Shown here: one piece after another, positions 5,306 through 11,628 of the stretch
Layout of the letters: every line of letters begins with the position of its first letter
Numbering within the stretch: the stretch's first letter is position 1
Source: an uncultured Parachlamydiaceae bacterium
GTDB taxonomy: Bacteria; Chlamydiota; Chlamydiia; Chlamydiales; Parachlamydiaceae
Direction: 5' to 3'
Assembly: GCA_963752155.1 (NCBI GenBank)
Contig: CAVVXH010000014.1
Location: forward strand, 1-11,628
Length of the DNA: 11,628 nucleotides
The notes under the pieces: model-generated
Told to the model about the DNA's origin: nothing
The model's database searches: none
The model's input: the letters and a program-made list of their open reading frames with translations, nothing else
Translations under genes and position numbers: made by a program

Positions 5306-7545
5306 TATAAATCGCGTGGCTTGAACCGATAAAAGTCGCGCATTTGTGACGCTACTTGATCAGCCGGAGTAAAGCTTTGCTGGCATTCCGGAAGACTGTC
5401 AATAAATTGTTTGCCATATCTTTTGGTGATGAGTCGCGTATCTAGACACACAATGCATCCTCGATCTTTCGCATGACGAATAAGGCGTCCAAATCCTTGT
5501 TTGAATTTTACAATAGCTGCCGGTAGAGTGTATTCCATGAAAGGGTCGCCCCCACGCTCCAAAATCGCTTCTGTCCGAGCTTGAATAATTGGCTCAGTCG
5601 GAACTTTGAACGGGAGCTTAACGATAATGACGCAACGAAGAGCCTCTCCGGCAACATCAATGCCCTCCCAAAAAGAATCCGTACCAAATAAAACCGCACG
5701 GGGAGTTTCCTTATATTGAGAAAGCAACGTTTGCCGTTCGGCATCTCCTTGCTTAAAAAGGTTGTAACGATGCTCCTTTAATCGCTGAGCAATGAGCTCA
5801 TAGCACGTTTGCATCATCGAATAAGAGGTAAAAAGGACGAATGCTCCTCCACGGCTGATTTCAATAGCTTGCCATATTTGTTGCGTTGCTTTCTGGATGA
5901 AATCAATATCTTGAGGCATTGGGAGGTCTGTTGGAATAGCTAGCAAGGCTTGTTTTGCATAGTTAAAAGGGGAGTCTAGAATGCTTTCGATGATGATTCT
6001 ATTGGGTAACAATTCTGAAAGGATGCCAAGACGTTTTCGAATGAATTCAAACTGCCGGTTTGTTGTGAGGGTTGCACTGCAAAGAACAATCGTTGAAAAT
6101 TTATTAAATAAATGGTTCACCAATGCGCTAGAAATATCTAGATCGGCATCCCTCACGCTGACGTTGGAATTATTCTTTGAGCGTGAGAGTTCAATCCAAC
6201 GGACTTTATCACGTTGAGGAGGGGAGAGGATCAGCTTTTCAAAAAGAAAAGCTTGTTCTTTTAACCGTCTGCTTAGGGCTGCAATATCCAAGCGAATCCC
6301 TTTTGACTGTTCTTGAAATGTATCGTGCTCGATCGATTGCAATTCAAATTCTAGGCCACAAAGCTCGCTGAAATAGCGCTCAAGGGATGCCATGAGCCTC
6401 TGGGTTGATGGAATGATATAATTTTGCCAAATAGGATCTTCATGGTGGTAGGGAAGTAACCGCATTTTGGTTTCTCCAGAACCCAGTTCTTCTTCAGAGA
6501 CTGAATGTGCAAACTGTCTTTCAAAAAAATTGTTTAAAAGCTGAAATGTTTCGTTGGCGAAATGGAGTATTTCATTTTTATATCCCACTAAATCGATACT
6601 TAATCTTAAAAGAAGACCGCTTACCGAATTATTTGAGGCGTTTGGGAAAAAATGAAGAAGCTTTTCTTTTAACACAGCAAGCCTGCCTTGTGATCTTTCT
6701 TGCTTTTCAGAAGAGAGCCTTCCAAGCAGACGAAGAAGACCCAACTTGCTGATCTGTGCTCCAAAAAAATCAGTGGCAATATCTTCAATATGATGAGCTT
6801 CATCAATGACAATCCGTGAATAGGCAGGCAAAATCGCTTGCCCTTTGTAATTATCAGTCTCCGCTCGGATGGCTAAATCAGCAAAGAGCAAGTGATGGTT
6901 AGCGACAATAATTTGAGCTTCTTCGGCTTTATTGCGTGCTTTGAAGAAAAAGCAACGTTGGTAGTGAGGGCATTTCATGTGCGTGCAATTGTCGTTTTCG
7001 GCTCCGATACGGTCCCAAGTCGCCGTGGAGGGCATCATTGGCAAGGAAGTTTTAGAACCTTCATTTGTTGATTCTGACCATGCTTCAATGCGGATAAACT
7101 CATCGCGTTCCTCTGGGGACATTAAGAGCTGTTCTGCAGCCATCTCTTTAAATTTTCTTAAACAGAGATAATTGGACATCCCTTTGGCAAGCACAGCTTT
7201 AATGTCCACATTTAGGGCTTTAATAATCTGGGGAATATCTTTTTGAATGAGTTGTTCTTGCAGGGCTATCGTGTGTGTAGAAATAACGGTTCGTTGTTTA
7301 TGCTCAATAGCCCATAAAATAGCAGGAAGTAAGTAGGCAAGGCTTTTGCCTGTGCCTGTTCCAGCTTCGATCAGAGCGATTCCGCTGTCGTTGTAGGATT
7401 CAACGACATGGTTCATCATGATTTGCTGAGGTTTGCGAGGTTCGAAGCCCTTTAAGGTCTGACTTAGAATGCCAGTGGAGCTCGACAGCCGCAACACTTT
7501 CTTAGCGTCAAGCAGCTGTGGCTTGGTTTTTGATTCTGCTTCCAC
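5305..7545 (-). CDS. dinG: DinG/YoaA family ATP-dependent DNA helicase (Fe-S type)
   Basis: Q motif GFEPRKPQ, Walker A EAGTGTGKS, STHTIALQEQL, Fe-S cysteines (NYLC...CTHMKCPHYQRC), VANHHLL, DEAHH, SATL, SFWEGIDV, KLPF, KQGFGRLIR. GTG start 15 bp after the rpoD stop. Confidence 0.93.
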   Translation of the reverse strand: MEAESKTKPQLLDAKKVLRLSSSTGILSQTLKGFEPRKPQQIMMNHVVESYNDSGIALIEAGTGTGKSLAYLLPAILWAIEHKQRTVISTHTIALQEQLIQKDIPQIIKALNVDIKAVLAKGMSNYLCLRKFKEMAAEQLLMSPEERDEFIRIEAWSESTNEGSKTSLPMMPSTATWDRIGAENDNCTHMKCPHYQRCFFFKARNKAEEAQIIVANHHLLFADLAIRAETDNYKGQAILPAYSRIVIDEAHHIEDIATDFFGAQISKLGLLRLLGRLSSEKQERSQGRLAVLKEKLLHFFPNASNNSVSGLLLRLSIDLVGYKNEILHFANETFQLLNNFFERQFAHSVSEEELGSGETKMRLLPYHHEDPIWQNYIIPSTQRLMASLERYFSELCGLEFELQSIEHDTFQEQSKGIRLDIAALSRRLKEQAFLFEKLILSPPQRDKVRWIELSRSKNNSNVSVRDADLDISSALVNHLFNKFSTIVLCSATLTTNRQFEFIRKRLGILSELLPNRIIIESILDSPFNYAKQALLAIPTDLPMPQDIDFIQKATQQIWQAIEISRGGAFVLFTSYSMMQTCYELIAQRLKEHRYNLFKQGDAERQTLLSQYKETPRAVLFGTDSFWEGIDVAGEALRCVIIVKLPFKVPTEPIIQARTEAILERGGDPFMEYTLPAAIVKFKQGFGRLIRHAKDRGCIVCLDTRLITKRYGKQFIDSLPECQQSFTPADQVASQMRDFYRFKPRDL

Positions 7546-7560
7546 ATGAGATCTATTAGG

Positions 7561-9230
7561 TTATTCGACTTCGAGCAAATCAAGAAAGGCTTTGAGTTGC
7601 TTTGAGCGAGTAGGATGACGCATTTTTCTTAAAGCTTTGGCTTCAATTTGACGAATTCTTTCGCGAGTGACATTGAATTCCACACCGACTTCTTCCAAAG
7701 TTTTTGGCTTGCCGTCGGACAGACCAAAACGGTGGACCAGCACTTTTCGTTCTCTATCGGTCAAAGTTTCCAACACATCTTTCATTTTATCTTTTAAGAT
7801 CGAATAGCCTGTGGCTTCAGCAGGGGAGTCTGCTCCGGTATCTTCAAGGAAGTCGCCAAATTGGCTTTCTCCGCCATCGCCCACTTCAGCTTGCAGAGAG
7901 ATAGGATGTTGGGCAATTTTATAGATTTCACGAATCCGATCGGAGGGAATGCCCAATTCATTGGCTAATTCTTCGGGGCTTGGTTCTCTGCCCGTTTCCA
8001 TCATCAATTTTTTAGCTCCGCGCAGAACTCGATTGATTGTTTCGATCATGTGGACGGGAATACGAATGGTACGCGCTTGATCTGCAATGGCGCGTGTAAC
8101 AGCTTGTCGAATCCACCAAGTCGCATAAGTGGAGAATTTATATCCACGGCGATATTCAAATTTTTCAACGGCTTTCATGAGTCCCATATTTCCTTCTTGA
8201 ATAAGATCTAGGAAGGAGAGACCGCGATTGGTATATTTTTTAGCAATGGAGATCACTAAGACGTAAATTAGATTCCACCATTTCTCGTTTGGCTTCTTGG
8301 CTTTTGTCCATCCATCGTTGAAGCATGCGCACATCTTTCTTGAAATCATCCAGGGATCGTCCGGCAGCGAGTTCTCTTTTTTGAGAGCTTACGATTAGCA
8401 GCAGCTAGCTTTAGGGCAGCAAATTTATTGCGTTCGGCGCGAGGTTTAAGTTCATTGATTTCTTTTTCAAGAGAAAGAAAGCGATCATGAGCTCGCATAA
8501 TGACTTCTACGAAATCTTCAATGATATTATGGCGGCAGTGAAGTCTTCGGAGGTAAGCTTGCGTACGAATACGAGATTTTTCGATATCTTCAAGAATTCG
8601 ATTTTTTTCATTTTTCTTGAGTTGTTCGATTTTCCAATTCTAAAAGCAGCTGTTCAAAGAGAGAATCTTCTTTTCTCAAGAAGCTCCATGAGTTTTGGGA
8701 GGAGAGCAAGGAATTCTGTTTTATTTAGAACTTCTTTTTCCGTAATGCATTTATCAAATCGTTCTTTGTTGTGAATGAGATAATTGACAATGGAGATAGC
8801 TTCTCGTGTGGAGTAACGGAAGCGCATGATAATTTTTTCAATTTGAATTTGCGCTTTTTCAATTCGTTTAGAAATTTCAACTTCTTCTTCACGGCTTAAG
8901 AAGAGGGACAGATCCCATTTCTTTAAGATACATGCGCACAGGGTCATCAGGGGCCCCTTCAGAGCGTTTGGGAAGACCTTCAAGTTCTTTAGCTTCTTTT
9001 TTGCGTTCTTTTTGCCGATCTACTTCAGATTGATTGAGAATCTGAATATCCATGCCGCTTAAGAAAATAAGAACTTGATCGATTTGTTCAGCAGAATCGA
9101 AAGTCATCGGGAGAATTTCGTTGATTTCTTCGTACGTGATAAAACCTTGCTCTTTTGCAAATGCAGCCAGCTCATCAACTTTTTGTTGATGCTGCGAAGA
9201 AAATGATGTCTTGAAATTTAGTTTTGTCAT
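7561..9230 (-). CDS. rpoD: RNA polymerase primary sigma factor RpoD (chlamydial sigma66), split by five +1 frameshifts that are probably sequencing errors
   Basis: Region 1.1 [13 protein letters not shown], 1.2 [27 protein letters not shown], chlamydial non-conserved region ([22 protein letters not shown]), 2 [31 protein letters not shown], 4 [24 protein letters not shown]. Removing one base each near 8898, 8678, 8621, 8380 and 8258 restores a 554-aa ORF. Confidence 0.95.
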
Positions 9231-9280
9231 GCGTCCTAATCGTAGCTAACCAAAAACAAAAACTGATGGATAATAGGCAA

Positions 9281-9309
9281 ATCCTGACAGATTTATATAA
9301 TCTTGTCAA
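9281..9309 (-). promoter_or_regulatory. Putative rpoD promoter overlapped by an imperfect dyad
   Basis: Minus strand: TTGACA (9309-9304), 17-bp spacer ending in TGT, then CAGGAT (9286-9281, a weak -10). The dyad TGACAGATT/AATCTTGTCA spans 9285-9308. Confidence 0.4.
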
Positions 9310-9468
9310 TAGGGGAGGGAAAAAAAACGAAAAAAGACTTGCAGGATAAACTTAAAGCCGTATGGAGAAAATAATACTTATTTTAAAAGAAATAATATAT
9401 ATATCGGCGATTAAGGGACTGTGGATAATAGACCGGGTTTGGTCATAAAATTTGATAAGGATAATCAT

Positions 9469-10828
9469 ATGAAAATTATTCGAATATTTTCTTTCTTTCT
9501 TCCTCTTTTGCTTTTGACAATTCAATTTTTTAGTATTAGAGCGTTTGCAATAGACTTTAGAGCTCATGAACAGGTTTCGAATAAGAAAATTGTTATTTTT
9601 GGTGCAGGTTATGTAGGTACTGTCACTGGAGCTTGTCTGGCTAAGTTAGGACATTCGATCACTTTTATTGAACCTTGTTCATATAAAGTGAATTTGATAA
9701 ATTTAGGAAAGAGTCCCAATCCTCGAACCTCAATTAGAAGATCTTCTTTCGTTAGGAGTTCAATCGGGATTCATCCGGGCTAAAATTAGCGTGCAACAGG
9801 AGCTTCTAGATTCTGATTTCGTAATGGTTGCAGTTCCTACGCTTATATCAGCGAGTGGAGCGCTCGAGTCAGAACACTTAGAAAGTGCATTGACAACTAT
9901 ACTTCAGGGAATTAATGAGAGAATTTCTCCTCTGATTGTAGTCATACGTTCCACAGTTCCACCAGGTATAATCCGGGAAATTTCAAGAAATTGCTTGGGT
10001 GAAAATAATCAAAAAAATTTCTCTTGTGATGAATCCTGAGTTTTTAAGGGAATCGACAGCTGTTCATGACTTCTTCCATCCTCCTTTTTGTGTAGCCGGG
10101 AGGGGACGATATCGAGGCAGTCAAAAAAGTACTCTCACTTTATGAAAAGATCTCTCCAAAAAGAGTGGCTGTCCTTTTGGAAACAGCATGCTTGCTTAAG
10201 TATGCTTGTAATGCATTTCATGCATTGAAAATTGCGTTTGCCAACGAAATGGCCAGCTTATGTGAATCTATTGAAACAGATCCAATTGAACTTATGGAAG
10301 TGTTTTGTATGGACAAGATCCTAAACTGCTCTTCCGCTTATTTAAAGCCAGGATTTTCTTTTGGAGGATCATGCCTCCCCAAAGATCTTCGTGCTTTAGT
10401 GTCTCTTGGAGATAGCTGTGGAAATGAATTACCCCTTTTATCTGCTGTTATCCCAGTAATCAGCTTCGATTTCAAACAAAAGCAAATCAAATCCTTGCAG
10501 GGAATCATAAGAAACTAGATTGTTTTGGGGATGAGTTTTAAAAAAAATAGCGATGATCTTAGAGAAAGTCCGTTTATAGAGTTGATCGAATTTTTATATA
10601 GCAACGGGGTGTGTTTGCACATTTATGATCCTGATGTAAATAAAGAACAGCTATCCAAATCAAAGCATTTAAATCAATTCCTCCTGATGATGAATGACAA
10701 TCTTGATTTGACTTTGGAAGGAATGTGACGGGGTGGTTGTTTGTAAAGATATATTACCTCAAAAATATTTAAAATTTTTGAAGGAAAGAAATATCCCTAT
10801 TTATGATTTACACTATGTTATGCAGTAG
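9469..10828 (+). CDS. UDP-glucose/GDP-mannose dehydrogenase family protein (AlgD-like) with an N-terminal hydrophobic leader, split by six frameshifts that are probably sequencing errors
   Basis: [10 protein letters not shown] (Rossmann), [23 protein letters not shown] (in another frame), [33 protein letters not shown] (catalytic Cys), [19 protein letters not shown] at 9469 has a TAAGGA RBS. Inferred indels near 9717(+1), 10014(+1), 10099(+1), 10453(-1), 10518(+1) and 10722(+1) give a 451-aa ORF ending at TAG 10826-10828. Confidence 0.88.
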
Positions 10829-10857
10829 CTTTTAATTTATTTTTTAAGGAAATATTT

Positions 10858-11052
10858 ATGAAAAAGATTATCGTTCATTTATTCTTTTTTTTGTTTTCTC
10901 TTCTCTCCTTGAATTCTGAAAATGACTCTTTATCGAATATTTGTGGTGACAGCAACAGTTTAAAAATAAATATTTTTAGCGTCAATAATGGAAAAGGGCT
11001 CCAAACGAGTCGAAATATCCTTAAGGATGCACTGATTGAAATGGGCCATCAA
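10858..11052 (+). CDS. 5' part of a signal-peptide-bearing protein, probably a glycosyltransferase N-terminus, cut off at a junction
   Basis: TAAGGA RBS, leader MKKIIVHLFFFLFSLLSLNS, then KINIFSVNNGKGLQTSRNILKDALIEMGHQ. This resembles the first beta-alpha unit of GT-B enzymes ending in (L/M)GH. It follows a nucleotide-sugar dehydrogenase. Confidence 0.5.
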
Positions 11053-11613
11053 GATTCACCTCGTGTTCAAGTTTTGCAGCAGGTGATTAGCGATCTGAAC
11101 ACTGCGACGAATTTGCTCAGCAATAACTACGTAGATGCTAGCGACGCAACAACCACCGATAGGGTTCGGCCAACAAAAGCCGCAGCAACAGCACTTTTGG
11201 CCAGGGCCTATTTGTACGCGGGCGACTACAACAAAAGCTCAACCGACTATCAGAACGCTGTAACCGCTGCAAGCAATGTAATCAGCAATAATACTTACAG
11301 CTTATGTAGTAATTTGAGTGGTGTGAATAGTGTTTTTCTTAAAAATAGTAGCGAAGCCATATGGCAATTGGCAACACCGCTTCCTTCGAGCTACGATACC
11401 CCAGATGGTGCCCTATTTGTTTTGTTGGCGGCTCCGACCAGTTCCCAGTATTTAATCTCGGCGCAATTGCTCAGTACTTTTGAGGTTGGTGATCAACGTA
11501 AGGTAAACTGGATCGGCTCTGTCACTATAAATGGCACCACCTACAACTTTCCTTACAAATACAAAGATAAAACTTACCTGGGAAACGAGTATATGATAGC
11601 AATACGTACGTAG
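11053..11613 (+). other. Internal fragment of a Bacteroidota RagB/SusD family outer-membrane lipoprotein gene, joined in frame to the previous ORF
   Basis: SPRVQVLQQVISDL, RVRPTKAAATALLARAYLY, VFLKNSSEAIWQL, FEVGDQRKVNW, FPYKYK and EYMIAIR are typical SusD motifs. The lipobox N-terminus and the expected R(L)AE.YL..AEA continuation are both absent. Confidence 0.8.
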
Positions 11614-11628
11614 TCGTTAACAATAACA

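Noticed and set aside
5043..5324. 93-aa ORF
   Set aside because: It overlaps both tRNAs and repeat copy 2, so it is a shadow ORF.
5508..8774. Short alternative-frame and antisense ORFs inside dinG and rpoD (e.g. 5981-6217, 6507-6752, 8487-8774)
   Set aside because: They lie within well-supported genes and have no recognisable motifs.
7561..9230. rpoD as a true pseudogene, as three separate genes, or as programmed frameshifting
   Set aside because: The corrected protein is fully conserved with no nonsense codons. The indels look like run-length overcalls, mostly lack slippery sites and also affect the neighbouring gene.
9352..9567. 71-aa minus-strand ORF upstream of rpoD
   Set aside because: It is antisense to the dehydrogenase leader and spans AT-rich intergenic DNA, with no coding evidence.

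Overview
This window looks like chromosomal DNA from an environmental Chlamydiota bacterium, based on a sigma factor with the chlamydial sigma66 sequence including its non-conserved region. In order it holds: two orphan Pro/Gln/Val-rich ORFs; a + strand cluster of YitT, a kinase-less KdpD-N/USP protein, a DUF4383-like protein and a LOG-family protein; tRNA-Val(TAC) and tRNA-Asp(GTC); a convergent rpoD-dinG operon on the - strand; and a divergent AlgD-like nucleotide-sugar dehydrogenase followed by a probable glycosyltransferase start, both with signal-peptide-like leaders. The most distinctive unexplained structure is an intergenic palindrome built from tandem 9-mers (AAGGACRRC), present twice. 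The first copy has a perfect 38-bp inverted repeat that mirrors the order of the variant units. Past ~8250 the sequence looks low quality: rpoD has 5 inferred single-base indels and the dehydrogenase has 6. At ~11053 the last ORF switches in frame to a Bacteroidota RagB/SusD fragment, probably a chimera. All family calls come from motif recognition by eye, not from database searches.
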